Origin: Rebecca billardiae RCC1528
Lineage: Eukaryota; Protista; Haptophyta
Reading direction: 5' to 3'
DNA length: 64,000 bases
NCBI GenBank assembly: GCA_965240325.2
Contig: OZ251232.1
Span: 434,001-498,000, forward strand
Shown here: positions 23,650 to 35,476 of the stretch, piece by piece
How positions within the stretch are numbered: the stretch's first letter is position 1
Layout of the letters: each line of letters opens with the position of its first letter
The notes under the pieces: model-generated
The model's database searches: none
What the model was told of the DNA's origin: nothing
The model's input: only the letters and a program-made list of their open reading frames with translations
Program-made: the position numbers and the translations under genes

Positions 23650-26600
23650 TCAGCCCGCCGCCTCCTCCTCCTCCTCGACCTCCTCCGCCATTCGGAGGAA
23701 CACGCGCTCGAGCGTCGAGTGCGTCACGGCGTAGCTGTCGATGCCCGCCGTCTCCTTGGCGCGCTCGAGCGCGCCGAAGAGCGCGGAGAGCGCGGGCGGC
23801 GCGCTCTCGGGGTCGGCGGGCGCGCGCAGCGACATGCGCAGCACGACGTGCGTGCCGCGCACCTCCTGCACCGCGCACTCGCGCAGCCGCTCGCCCGCCG
23901 CGCCGCCCGCCCACGCGCGCGCGAGCTGCTGCGCGGCGCGCACGCCCGCCTCGTCGCGCATGCGCAGGCTGCACGAGTACCCGTCGCCGAAGCGCGATTT
24001 AAGGCGGTGCGCCGTGCCGAGGCAGCGCAGCCGGCCGCCCACCATGATGCCCACGCGCTCGCACAGCGCCTCCGCCTCCTCGAGCGAGTGCGTGCTCAGC
24101 ACGACGCTCGCACCGCTCTCGCGCACGTGCGCTCGGACCGCGCGCCACATATCGCGCTTGGCGGCAGCGTCCATGCCGCTCGAGGGCTCGTCGAGGCAGA
24201 CGACGCTGGGCGCGCCGACGAGGGCGAGCGCGAGCGCGAGCTTGCGCTTGTTGCCGCCGGACAGCCGCGCCGCCGGCCGCTCAGCGTGCCGGCTGAGGCC
24301 GACGCTGTCGATGAGCCGCGCGCACTCGGCGGCCACGCGCGCGCGCGGCACGCCCCGCAGCGCGCACCACAGCTCGAGGTGTTCGCGCGCGCTGAGCGAG
24401 CGCACCAGCGCGTCGTGCTGCGGGCAGAGGCCGAGGTGGGCGCGCGCCGCCGCGACCTCCACGCCCACCCTTCGCCCGCGCACGTGCACCTCGCCGCCGC
24501 TCGGCTGCAGCTGCCCCGCCAGCATCGCGAAGGTGGTGCTCTTGCCCGCGCCGTTCACGCCCAGCAGCCCGACGCACTCGGCGGGGCGCACGCACAGCGA
24601 GAGGCTGGGCGGAAGGGGGGCGCGGGGCCGAAGGGGGCGGGCGCGGGAAGGGGGCGCGTGGGGGCAAGGGGGCGCGCGCGGGGCGCGGGCGTGACGGCGC
24701 GGCCGCACGAGAGCCGTCGAGGTGCCGCGCGCGCGCGCGCGCAGCAGGTGGTGCGTGCGTGCCTGCGCGCGCACCCGTGCACTGCAACCTTGCAGTCCCC
24801 TCCGCCGCCACCGCCGCCGCCACCGCCGCCGCCACCGCCGCCGCCACCGCCGCCGCCACCGCCGCGCGCACGGCCGCGCGCGGGCCGCGCGGCCGGGTAC
24901 ACCTTGCGAAGGTGGTGCGTGACGACGGCAAAGTCGGCGAGCGCGGGGTACTCGCCGCCCGCGGCAGCACGCCCGGCCGCCGCGCCCTCGCCCGCAGCGG
25001 CCGTGCGCGATTCATCGTCGTCCGCGCACCCGAGCAGCTGCCGAGGCGCGTGGCCGCCCGCGCGGACGCCGCGCACCGCCGAGCCGGCGGCGGCGGCGGC
25101 GGCAGCGTCGGGCGCGGCGGGGTGCGCGCCGGCGCGCGCGCGCTGCGCATCGGCGCCCTCCGCGCGCTCGAGCAGCGCGGCCACGAACGCCGCCTCCGCC
25201 GCCACGTCCTCGTCCTCCCCCGGCCCAGCAGGGCCCGGCGGCGCGGCCGCGGCCGCGGCCGCCGCCGCGCGGCGGCGCGCGCGCTCGGCGGCGGCGGCGC
25301 GGCGCGTGAGGCCGAGCATGCGGCCGAGCGCGGCGCGGAGCGCGGCGCGCGCCGGCGCGTGCTCGGCGGCGAGCGTGAGCGCGCCAAAGCCCACCGCCTC
25401 CGCGAGCAAGAAGGCGATCGGCCTGCCGAGCACGCCCCACGCCAACACCCCCTCCTCCTCCCGCGCACCCACGCCGCGCCCCGGCGCCCCATCTGGCCCA
25501 TCTGGCAGCGCGGCGGCGAGCTGCGCGGCGACCGCTCTCACCGCCAGCTGGAACATGCCGTGGCCGAGGCAGTAGGCGGGGCACAGGCTGAAGACCCACG
25601 CGGAGAGCCAGCGCTGCGCGCCCGCCGTCGCCTCCACGCTCATCAGCACGAAGTCGAGCACCACCAGCCCGAAGCCCGACGCGAAGAAGCCCGCCGCCAC
25701 GCCGAGCTGCGCGGCCGAGTGTGAGCTGAACGCTCGGGAGCAGAGCGCACAAAGAGGGATGGCGGCGGCGCCGAAGGCGAGGAAGAGGGCGGCCGTGCCG
25801 CACAGCGCCTCGGCCGAGCCGACGAACTCGTCGCGCCCCATCGCGCCGAACACGCCGAGCGTCGCCGCGCTCACCAGCACGTACGTGAGCGCGTCGCACG
25901 CCCAGTGCGCGCCCCAGAGCGCGAGCGGCGCCGCGCCCGCCAGCAGCTGCGCCGCGTGCGCGCCATCCTCCGCCTCGCGCACGGGCGCCAGCACGAAGGA
26001 GGCGGGCACGAAGGAGAAGGGGATGAGCACGAGCAGCGAGACGAAGACCGAGAGGATCGCCGACGCCGCCTGCTGCTCCGACGCGGTGCGCGGCAGCGGG
26101 TGCGTCGCGATGCTGCTCCAGCCGACGCGCCGCGCGCGCCACCCCGCGTCGGCGCGCGCCGCGCCGCCCGCCCGCGGCCGCGCGCCGCGCGCGCCACCTC
26201 TGCGCTCGGCCGCGTCGGCGCGGCGGAGCAGCATCGCGTTCCGAGCGTACGCGACGAACGTGGGCAGCGCGTGCGGCGCGCTCGAGTTGTGCAGCACGGT
26301 GAGCAGCTCGAGCTCGCCGAGCGGGGTGGGCACCGAGCTGAGCGCCAGCGCGCCGTATCTGCCGCCCGCGCCCGCGCCCGTGCCAGCCGCGGACGCGCCG
26401 CCGCCGCCGCCCGTCCGGTTGGCCGCGCCGCCGCCGCCGCTGCCGCCGCCGCCGTCCGCGGCGGACGAGGCGAGCAGGTAGTCCGACACCGCCTCGGCCG
26501 CGCCGAGCAGCCCCTCGTGCGCGCCCAGCTCGACGGGCTTGGGCGCGAGCGCGCGCGCCGCGTGCGCGCGCAGCGGGCGCAGCAGCGCCGCGGTGGGCGC

Positions 26601-27920
26601 GTCCGCGGCATAGGGCAGTTGCGAGGGGAGGGAAACGTCGGCGGCGGCGGCCCAGCCCGGCATGGCGAGCTCGACGCGCGGGCCCGCGTCGCTCACGTCG
26701 ACGCGCAGCAGCAGCAGCGCGAGCGCGACGAAGCCCACGGGCAGCGCCAGCTGCAGCGCCGCCACGCCCAGCTCTCGGCGCGCGCACAGCCAGCGCTTGC
26801 GCAGCAGGGCGCGGAACTGCGCGCACGCGCACGGCGCGCGGCGCTCGGGCGGGGCGCTGGCGGCGGGCGCGGCGGGCGCGGCGGGGGGCGGGCTCGGCGC
26901 GAACGCGGCGGAGGCCGTGGACGCCGCGCGCCCACCGCCCGTCTCGGCAGGCGATGGCTCTCCCGCCGCCACCGCCGCCGCCGCCGCCGCCCCGCCGCCG
27001 CCATCGCCGCCGCGCGTGACGTCCGCCCGCGCCCCGGCCGCCGCCGCCGCCGCCGCCGCCGCCTCCGCCTCGGCCGCGCTCTCATCGTCGGAGAGGATGG
27101 CGAGGAACACATCCTCCAGAGTGGTCACGCCCAGCGCGCACGACAGCAGGCCGAGGCCGCCCTCCTCCTCGCCCTCGGCCGGCGGCGTCCCTTGCCCTCG
27201 CCCCAGACCCTCCAGATCCGCAGCCGCCGCGGCGGACAACGCGCCGCGCGGCCCGGGCGCTGCACGCGCGCGCGCCTCCGCCGCTCCGCCGCCCACCGCC
27301 TGCCGGGCGGGCGCGAGCGCGGCGCCGCCCGCGGCGTCGGCGCCGCCCGACGCCACCTCCGCCTCGACGCGGGCGAGCAGCGCCTCGAAGCGCGGCGCGT
27401 CGTGAATGGGCAGCCTGATGACGCACTCGCGCGTGGGCGCGGCGCCCGCCACGCCGCCGTCCGCGCGCGCCTCGGCCGCCGCGTCCGCGGCCGCCGCCGT
27501 GTCGGCGTCGGCGCGCGACGGCGCCGCCGACGCGCCCCCGCCGCGGCTGCCGCCGTCCGGCGGCGCAGACGGCGCCGCCGAGCCCGCCGGCGGCGCGTCG
27601 AGCTCGGCGCTCGGCACGTGCTCGCGCACGAGCGCCAGCGCGCGCCGCGCGAGCCGCGCGTGCGGCCGCCGCCTCCCGTCGGCCGCGTGCGCGCGCAGCG
27701 AGAGCGTCAGCCTGTAGCCGACGCCAAACCGCGCCCTGAGGTACATGGGCGTGCCAGCGGCGCGCAGCGCGCCTCGCGCCAGCACAGCGACTCGGTCGCC
27801 GAGCGCCTCCGCCTCGTCCAGGAAGTGCGTGGTGAGGAGGATGGTGCGCTCCACGACGGGCGAGGAGGGCTGAGCGCACGCCGGCGCGCCGCGCGACGGC
27901 GCGGCCGCGCCGCTCGGCTC

Positions 27921-27961
<41 letters not shown>

Positions 27962-28642
27962 CGCCGCCGCCGCCCTCGCGCCACGTCGCGGGCGGCCGGG
28001 CCTGGCCCCGCGGCGGCGGCGCGCGCTCCGAGCGGATCAGCTCCCACAGCGCGCGGCGCGACGCCGGGTCCATCCCCGAGGTGGGCTCGTCCAGCACGAC
28101 GAGCGGCGATGCGCCGAGCAGCGCGATGGCCACGCACAGCTTGCGCTTCATCCCGCCTGAGAGCGTGTCGGAGCGCGCGCGCGCCTTTGGGCCGAGCCCG
28201 ACCGCGGCGCACATGCGCGCGGCCGCGTCGGCCGCGGCGTGCGCGGGCACTCCCTTCAGCGAGGCGTACAGCTCGAGGTGCTCGAGGGCGCTCAGCTCGG
28301 CCCAGAGGATGTTCCCCTGCGGACACACGCCGAGCAGCGCGCGCAGCCGCCCCATCCCGGGCCCAACCTGCTTGGAGCCGTACAGCTCGCACCAGCCCGC
28401 GCTCGGCCGGAGCAGCCCGGTGAGCAGCGCGATCGCGGTCGACTTGCCCGCGCCGTTCGCACCGAGCAGCGCGGTCACCTGCCCTCGCACCAGCGAGAGG
28501 TTGAGCCCGCGCAGCGCGACGTGGCCGTCGGGGTACACGTACCGCAGGCGGCGCGCGCGCACGGCCACGCCCGCGCGCAGCTCGGCGCCGCTCAGCGCCT
28601 CCTCAGCCGCCGCATCGCCACCGCCCTCGCCCTCGCCCTCGG

Positions 28643-28701
<59 letters not shown>

Positions 28702-30461
28702 GTGTCCGCGCTGGTACCGGCCGCGCGGCGCGCGGCGCGGCGGCACGCCGCGCGCGCGCGCGCGAGCAGGCCCGCGCGCGGCCCGTACTCGCCGGGCAGC
28801 GCCCACTCCAGCGCGGCCGCCACGCCGAACCACAGCGGCACGTCGAGCGCGAGCAGCAGCAGCACGGCGCGCAGCGAGAAGTCGCCCTCCGCCGCCGCGC
28901 GCCACGAGGCGGCGCGCCCCGCGCCCTCGAAGAGGCAGAGGAGGTTGGCGCCGAGCGTGAAGCCGAGGGGCGGCAGCACCGACGCGGCGGCCTTGGCCCA
29001 CGCGCGCCCGTCCGCGAGCACGCCCGTGCTCGTGTCGAGGAAGAGCGCGGACAGCTGCTGCGCCACCAGGAACAGCAGAGGCGCGCTGATGGCCGCCGCC
29101 TTGGCCGAGCGGAAGAGCGGAGCGAGCGCGGTCGCAAACGCGAGGCTGGCGAGCGCGAACAGGGCGAAGAGGCAGCCGACCAGCGACGCGTCGGCGAGCG
29201 GGAACGCGCTCGGCGCGAGCTCGAGGCTGACCAGCGCGCCGACGGCGAGGAACTCGAGGCCGTACGCCACGGCCCACGACAGCGCGAGCACGCGGCCGCG
29301 CAGCCCGACCATCAGCATGGCCTCGCGCACGCGCAGCTCCTTCTCGAGCACCAGGCCGCGCAGCAGCGACGAGAGGGGCACCACCATTGACACGGCGAGG
29401 ACGAGCCCGACCAGGTTGCCCACGTGCTCGAAGAACGCGTTCACGTCGTACGCCACCGTCGGGAACGGCACGCCGAGCACGAGCGGCGGCAGCGGCAGCG
29501 GCGGGTGCGCGGCCGCGAGGAGAGGCGCGAGCAGCGCGCCCGCCGCGGACGCCTCGGCGCCGGCCGGCTGGGCGCTTGCGTTCGCGCCCGCCCCGCCCGC
29601 GCGCACCCCACGCCGCGCCGCCCACTCCGCCCCGCCGCCCGGCTGGCCGTGCCCGCGCGCGCGCCCGGAGTCCGGGGAGTCCGGGGAGTCCGGGGAGTCC
29701 GGGGCGTGCTGGGAGTCCTGGGAGTCCTGGTAGTCGTGCAGCGCGGACTGCAGCGAGAGGAAGCCCGACGAGAAGTACGCGGCCCAGCGGCCGGAGAGGC
29801 CGACGGAGAAGCGGTCGACGGCGGAGCGCGTCGAGGGCAGCCTCGCGTGCGGCATGCGGATCGTCGCGTTCAGCCCACCCGGCGCGGCCGCGCGCTGCAG
29901 CACGACGGCCGCCCAGACGCGAGCCGTGCCGGAGACGTGCGCGCGCTCCAGCGCGCGCTCGGTCGGGTAGAAGCCGGCGAAGGCGCGCAGCGCGCACGGC
30001 GCGGTCTGCGCGAGGAAGGCGTGCAGCCGCCGCGCGCGCCGCGAGTCCGGCACGATCGCCAGCCCGCCCGCCTCCTCGCCGAGCAGCTCGGACGCGGCGC
30101 GCGACACGTTGCAGAAGAGCTCGAGGGGCGGGATCGCACACGAGTTGGTGGCGCCCGGGAGCCAGACCTGCGGCTCGAGGGTGAGCAGGGCGTCGACGAG
30201 GGTGGGCGGCACGTACGAGCGCGCGGCCGACGCCTCGCGGCTCGAGAGCTGCGCGCCGAGCACGACTGTGAGGCACAGGATCGCAGGCAGCGCGACTTCG
30301 CACACCGCCGTGCACGGCGCGCGCCGCTTGACGAGCCAGTGCTTCCGCAGGAGCGCGCGCAGCTGCTGCGCATCCGAGCGTGGCGCCGCCACCGGGGCCG
30401 GGGGAGGCGCGCCGACGCCATCGGTCGGCGTGCGCGCCTCAAGGAGGGGCGCCGCGAGCAT
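23650..30461 (-). CDS. Full-size ABC transporter, subfamily A; complement(join(23650..24604,24775..30461)); alternative start at 30542
   Basis: QLRALLRKHWLVKRR; two TMD-NBD halves with Walker A LLGANGAGKST and LLGVNGAGKST, signatures LSGGMKRKL and LSGGNKRKL, LDEPTSGMD, TTLEDVFL and STLERVFL. Intron 24605-24774. Confidence 0.93.
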
Positions 30462-30583
30462 GCGGAAGCGTGCAGGCCGTACTGCCGCGCCCGGGCTCTC
30501 CGGAAATCCGGGCCCAGTGGCAGCGGGCGCGAGCGACCCCATTGCCGCGTGAGCAGCACGCCGAGTCGGCACGCGCCCCGCGG

Positions 30584-30763
30584 ATGGGCCTGTGGGAGCG
30601 CTGGCTCGCTGTCCCCGGCCGGCGCAAGATCCTCGGCGGCGTGATCGTGGGCTCGTTCGCGGCGCTCGGCCTCTACCTGAGCCCCTTGCCAGACACGCCC
30701 GAGGGCCTGCACACCTCGCCGCTCGATCGGCCACCGCCGCGCGCCCAGGCGCCGCAGCAGTGA
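30584..30763 (+). CDS. 59-aa single-pass membrane microprotein; upstream cistron overlapping the LARP7 start
   Basis: MGLWERWLAVPGRRKILGGVIVGSFAALGLYLSPLPDTPEGLHTSPLDRPPPRAQAPQQ*. 55 of 59 codons end in G/C; one TM helix. Stop TGA 30761-30763 shares its A with ATG 30763-30765. Confidence 0.65.
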   Translation: MGLWERWLAVPGRRKILGGVIVGSFAALGLYLSPLPDTPEGLHTSPLDRPPPRAQAPQQ

Positions 30764-31935
30764 TGGCTGACTCGGCGCTACCGGCCGACACGCGCGCCGC
30801 GCTGCACAAGCAGCTGCGCTTCTACTTCTCGGACGCGAACCTGCGACGCGACCGCTTCCTGCAGCAGCAGCTCGGCGCCGACGGCCGCACCTTCATGCCC
30901 GTCTCGACGCTGTGCACCTTCAAGCGCGTGAGCGCGGTCACGTCGGATGCGGCGCTCGTCGCGGCCGTGCTCGCCGACGTCGACCTGGTCGAGCTGAGCG
31001 AGGACCGCGCCGGGGTGCGCCGGCGCGAGGCGGTGCGCCCAATCTCGCGCGACGACGCCGACGCGCGCACCGTGTACGTCGAGCGCCTGCCCTCGAGCTG
31101 CGACCAGGAGACGCTGGAGGCGGCGCTCACGCGCGCGGTCGGGCCTGTGTCCTTCGTCGCACTGCCGCGCTTCGACTGGCCGGAGGAGCGGCGGATCAAG
31201 GGGTACGCGTTCGTCGAGTTCGTGCACGCGCGCGACGCCGAGCGCGCGCCCGCCACGACCGTGCGTATGTGCGCACAGCCGCCTGCGCAGCCGCCTCGGA
31301 GGCGCCCGCCCGCGCCGGCAGGCGCACCCGCGGCCGACGCGGCCGGTGCGGCAGACGCCCCGTCGCCGCCGCTCGTGCTGGCCAAGCCGCGCGAGCTGCG
31401 CATCCTCCCCAAGCGGGAGTGGGAGCGCCTGAAGGCCGAGTACGCCGCGCGCGTCTCGCTCCAGCTCGAGGCGAGCGCGCAGGAGCGGCACGCCGAGCTC
31501 GCCGCGCGCGGCGCGAGCACGCCGGCCGTCGGCGCGGCCGGCCGCGCGGCGGATGAGCTCGGAGAGCCGCGCTCCGCGGAGGCGAGCGCGCAGGCGAAGG
31601 GCACGCTCATCCACATACGCGGCATCCCCGAGCACGCCTCGCGCACCGACGTCCTCCGCTGGATCAACCAAGCGGGCGCGCGCGCACTGGCGCACGCCTC
31701 GGGTGCCACCGCGGCCGCGCCGAGTGCGGCGCCTGCGGCCGACGGCGCGGGGAGCGGCGCAGCTGCACCAGCGCTCGCCAAGCCCGAGTTCGTCGACTTC
31801 CCGAAGCCGTCCGCGCCGGGCACGGCGTACGCGCGCTTTCGCGTGGAGTCCGACGCCCACGCGTACGCGGCCGCCCTGTGCGTGCACGGTGCGGCGTGCC
31901 TGCCCGGCACGCTGGTCGTGGGCGCGGGCGCGAGC

Positions 31936-31966
<31 letters not shown>

Positions 31967-32547
31967 GTGCGGGCGGCAACGATGGAGGCGATGACGAGCC
32001 AACTGTGCAGGCACGCGTGCTCAGCTTGGCGGACGCGGTCGAGTACTGGCGCGAGGTGAACGTCGAGCGCGCCCAGCGTTGGCTGCTGCTCCAGCGCCAG
32101 CGCCAGAGCTTCACGCCGCACGAGCTCGGCGCAGGCGGCGCGCCACACGCTCAGCCGCGCAACGCGCCGGGCCCGCAGCGCGGCGGCCGGGGGCCTGAGC
32201 TCTGGCACCGTGCGCGCGGCCGCGGCCGCGGCGATGGCTTCGGCCGCGCACGGGGCCCCGAGTTCGGCGCTCGTGGTCGCGGCTATGGCCGCGATCGCGG
32301 CCGCGGTGACGGCCGCAGCCGCGGCCGCGGCGACAGCTCCGAGCGCGGGCGCGGGCGCGGTCGCGCTGCAGCCAGCAGCGCGTATCACGACGGGCGTGGC
32401 TCGGGGCTCGGCGAGGGCGGTGGGGCACGCCCGGGCAAGCGTTCTGCGCACGCAGCCGGCGCAGTGGCCGACGAGGCAGCGCGGCCAGCCAAGCACGTGC
32501 GCTTCGATGCCAATGTCGCTGCGGATCATAACGATGCGGGCAACTGA
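30763..32547 (+). CDS. LARP7: La-related protein 7 (La motif + RRM1 + xRRM, RG-rich tail)
   Basis: KQLRFYFSDANLRRDRFL (La motif); RTVYVERLP...KGYAFVEF (RRM1); LARP7-type LRILPKREWERLKAEY; FVDF..AYARF..EYWREV (xRRM); C-terminal KHVRFD. Confidence 0.85.
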
Positions 32548-32992
32548 CTGAAGCCTACTGAAAGCTGATCCAGCCGGACGCGACGCCGACGGATCGACGG
32601 ATCAGCAGCTGCTGAGCTGCTGGAGGCAGTGGACCGCGTGATTCCCGGTGCAGGGCTCGAGGCCGACACCGAGTCGCTGCAGCCTGAGTTGTCGGGTTCC
32701 GGCAAAAGCAGCTCGCCGCCACGTCGTCGCCGATGATCTTAGGACGGCTTGCAGTCATCACTGGGCTGCGGCGAGCTCGTGGCTTGCGGCAGCCTGTGAC
32801 CGTGTAGCCTATTGTGTCCCGTGTCCGGTGATCAAGAGAGGCGCTGCTTGAACCACACCGGACCGTTGATGATGTTTACCGGTGCGCTGCACGCACGAGA
32901 GAAAGCGCTCAAGCGCGCGCTGCGAATTCGCACCTCGCGCTGGACTGCTCACGCTCAGCCGCCGCCGCCACCGCACCGACAACGCGACGACG

Positions 32993-35476
32993 ATGCCCCT
33001 CTTCAAGAAGGCGATCTTTGCCGCGGCCAAGACGAACGTGACTGCAAGTGCCTCGGCGACCTTCGACGACTCCACGCTCGGCACCGGTCCCGAGGTTGAC
33101 GCTCCAGGGCCAGCCGACCACGTCGACGACAACGACGAGCCGCATGCGCCCGAGACGACAAGCGCGCCGACGCCGCCGATGAGCCCGATGCCCGAGGACG
33201 ATGAGGACGATCACGACGAGAACATGGATGCGACGAACCAGGCACGCGACGCCGACGCCGACGCCGACGCCGAGCTCATGGACATCGACGACAAGGCGAC
33301 AGCTGCAGAGGACGAGCCGCGCGATGACGACGATGCCAAGGCGAAGGAGGTCGATGCGGCTGACTCCCAAGCTCAGACCGCCCAGATGGAGGTGGACGAC
33401 GAGATGACGACTGCTGGTGCCAACCGCAACGGCGCAGCCGCGCCCGACGCCGACCCGCCCGCCGACGATGCTGCCGACGACGCGCGCGCCTCTGCCGGTG
33501 CATGCGCTCCCGCGCATGAAGAGCCGCTCGCAGAGACCGAGCGCTTCGAGCCGGCGCCGATGCCGGCGCCGACGACCGCAGACGCGGACAAGCAGCAGCG
33601 CGCAGCACCCGCCGCGCCGCCCAAGCCACGCCGCCGCGGCTTCACCGCGCCGACGGCCGCCAAGCCACCCGCGTCCGCGACGGCCGATGCTGCGCCCGCG
33701 CGCGCGCATGCAGCCGCGGCCTCAGCAGCTGGCGGCGATGGCGACGGCGACAACCAGGACGACAAGCGGGCGAAGAAGCGCGAGTCGTCGAAGCCGCGCA
33801 AGAGGAAGCCGTCCAGCGCCGACGGCGACGCCTCGAGCGCCGAGAAGAAGGCCAAGAAGAAGCGCAAGGCGGAGAAGCCGGCGGCAGACGAGGGCGGCGA
33901 GGGCGAGGCCGCTGACGGCGAGTCGACGGCGCCCAAGCAGCGCCGCTCGAAGAAGGACAAGGCCGAGCGCAAGGAGCGCAAGGAGCGCAAGGAGCGCAAG
34001 CGCGAGAAGAAGGAGCGCAAGGAGCCCGCGCCGAAGAAGACCAAGGACCCCGGCGCGCCCAAGGGCGCCCTCTCGGCGTTCATGTTCTACTCGAAGGAGC
34101 GGACGGCCGAGCTCAAGGCCGCGGGCAACTTCAGCTTCGGCGCGTCGGCCAAGGAGATCGGCGCGTCGTGGAAGGCGCTCGACGCGGAGGCGAAGGCGAA
34201 GTACACGTCGCTCGCCACGGACGACAAGGCGCGCTACGAGCGCGAGCTCAAGGAGCACAAGGAGGAGGGCAAGCTCTTCTCGACGCCGTCGCCGCGCAAG
34301 GCGGCCAAGCCGCGCGCACCGGGCGCGTCTGCGCAGCGCGCTCGCAAGGCTGCGGGCGCGCTCGCGCGAGAGCTGAGCACGCCCGGCTCGGCGCAGATGA
34401 CGGGCGACGCTCTCGAGGCGGTCGATCCACCGTCGTCATACCAGCTCGCGACCAAGAACCAAGGCTGGATCGAGCACGTGAACTTCGAGCAGGGCGAGCT
34501 CGTGGTCTGGTTCCCGCGCGCGCTCGAGCAGCTGTGCACCGAGCACGGCGACGAGCTGCGCACGGCCGGGCTGCTCGAGGGCGCGATGACGCTGAGTGCG
34601 CGCAAGGACGACGAGGTGCGCGCGCGCGTGGTGCGCGTGGAGGCGCCCGCGGAGGGCAAGCACGTGCAGCACCTCGTTCTCGCCCCGCTCACCGACGGCA
34701 CGGCGGCGGAGGGCGCGGAGACGTACGCCATGCCGCACATCTCGCCGCCCGATTGCAGCGTCTCGGCGCACATCGTGTCCGAGGCGGTGTTCGAGGCGAG
34801 CATCGGCAAGTTCGAGGAGAACGACCACGTGCAGATGCTCTTTGCAAACGAGGAGCAGGAGCGCAACGGCCAGGGTGCCGTGCTCGCCGACGTGTGGGAG
34901 GGGCGCATCATCGACATCGACGAGTCGGCGGGCGCGTTCGAGTCTGTGCGAGTGCTCTGGTACGAGCCGACGACGAAGAAGAACGAGTTCGTGCTCAGCG
35001 GCCTGCAGCAGGACACGGAGCTGTCGCCATGGCAGCTGATGCCGTCGGAGGCGCACATGCTCTACGTGGCAAAGTTTGGCCCCGTCCCGAAGTCGCGTCG
35101 TCTCCTCTACGCCGACGATGGCAGCGCATCGCCCGTCGACGACCTTGACATCGCTCCGGCCGACGGTGAGCTCGATGAGGCAATGCGCGTCGCCCACCTG
35201 CGCCTCTCGACGCTCGAGGCGAGCTCTCCATTCCTCCAGCCCGTGCCGGCGACCGACCTTGCATACCACGAGCTGGTCTCGTCGCCCATCTCGCTCGCGT
35301 GCATCAAGAGCAAAATCATCAACCGCGCGTACCCCGACTTCCCGAGCTTCGAGGCGGATGTGGAGCTCCTCATCGAGAACGCGCTCAAGGCCAACGGCGA
35401 TGACACGCTCTTCTTCGCGCTCGCTACGGTGCTGAACAAGGAGTGGGGCCGCGTCAAGCAGAGCCTCGAGCGCTGA
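32993..35476 (+). CDS. Chromatin protein: acidic/basic IDR + HMG box + PHIP/BRWD-like Tudor-type region + bromodomain
   Basis: DPGAPKGALSAFMFY...KEIGASWKAL...KARYERE (HMG box); GELVVWFPR, WEGRI, VRVLW, LSPWQL; SPFLQPV..YHELVSSPISL..NALKAN (bromodomain). Confidence 0.85.
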   Translation: MPLFKKAIFAAAKTNVTASASATFDDSTLGTGPEVDAPGPADHVDDNDEPHAPETTSAPTPPMSPMPEDDEDDHDENMDATNQARDADADADAELMDIDDKATAAEDEPRDDDDAKAKEVDAADSQAQTAQMEVDDEMTTAGANRNGAAAPDADPPADDAADDARASAGACAPAHEEPLAETERFEPAPMPAPTTADADKQQRAAPAAPPKPRRRGFTAPTAAKPPASATADAAPARAHAAAASAAGGDGDGDNQDDKRAKKRESSKPRKRKPSSADGDASSAEKKAKKKRKAEKPAADEGGEGEAADGESTAPKQRRSKKDKAERKERKERKERKREKKERKEPAPKKTKDPGAPKGALSAFMFYSKERTAELKAAGNFSFGASAKEIGASWKALDAEAKAKYTSLATDDKARYERELKEHKEEGKLFSTPSPRKAAKPRAPGASAQRARKAAGALARELSTPGSAQMTGDALEAVDPPSSYQLATKNQGWIEHVNFEQGELVVWFPRALEQLCTEHGDELRTAGLLEGAMTLSARKDDEVRARVVRVEAPAEGKHVQHLVLAPLTDGTAAEGAETYAMPHISPPDCSVSAHIVSEAVFEASIGKFEENDHVQMLFANEEQERNGQGAVLADVWEGRIIDIDESAGAFESVRVLWYEPTTKKNEFVLSGLQQDTELSPWQLMPSEAHMLYVAKFGPVPKSRRLLYADDGSASPVDDLDIAPADGELDEAMRVAHLRLSTLEASSPFLQPVPATDLAYHELVSSPISLACIKSKIINRAYPDFPSFEADVELLIENALKANGDDTLFFALATVLNKEWGRVKQSLER

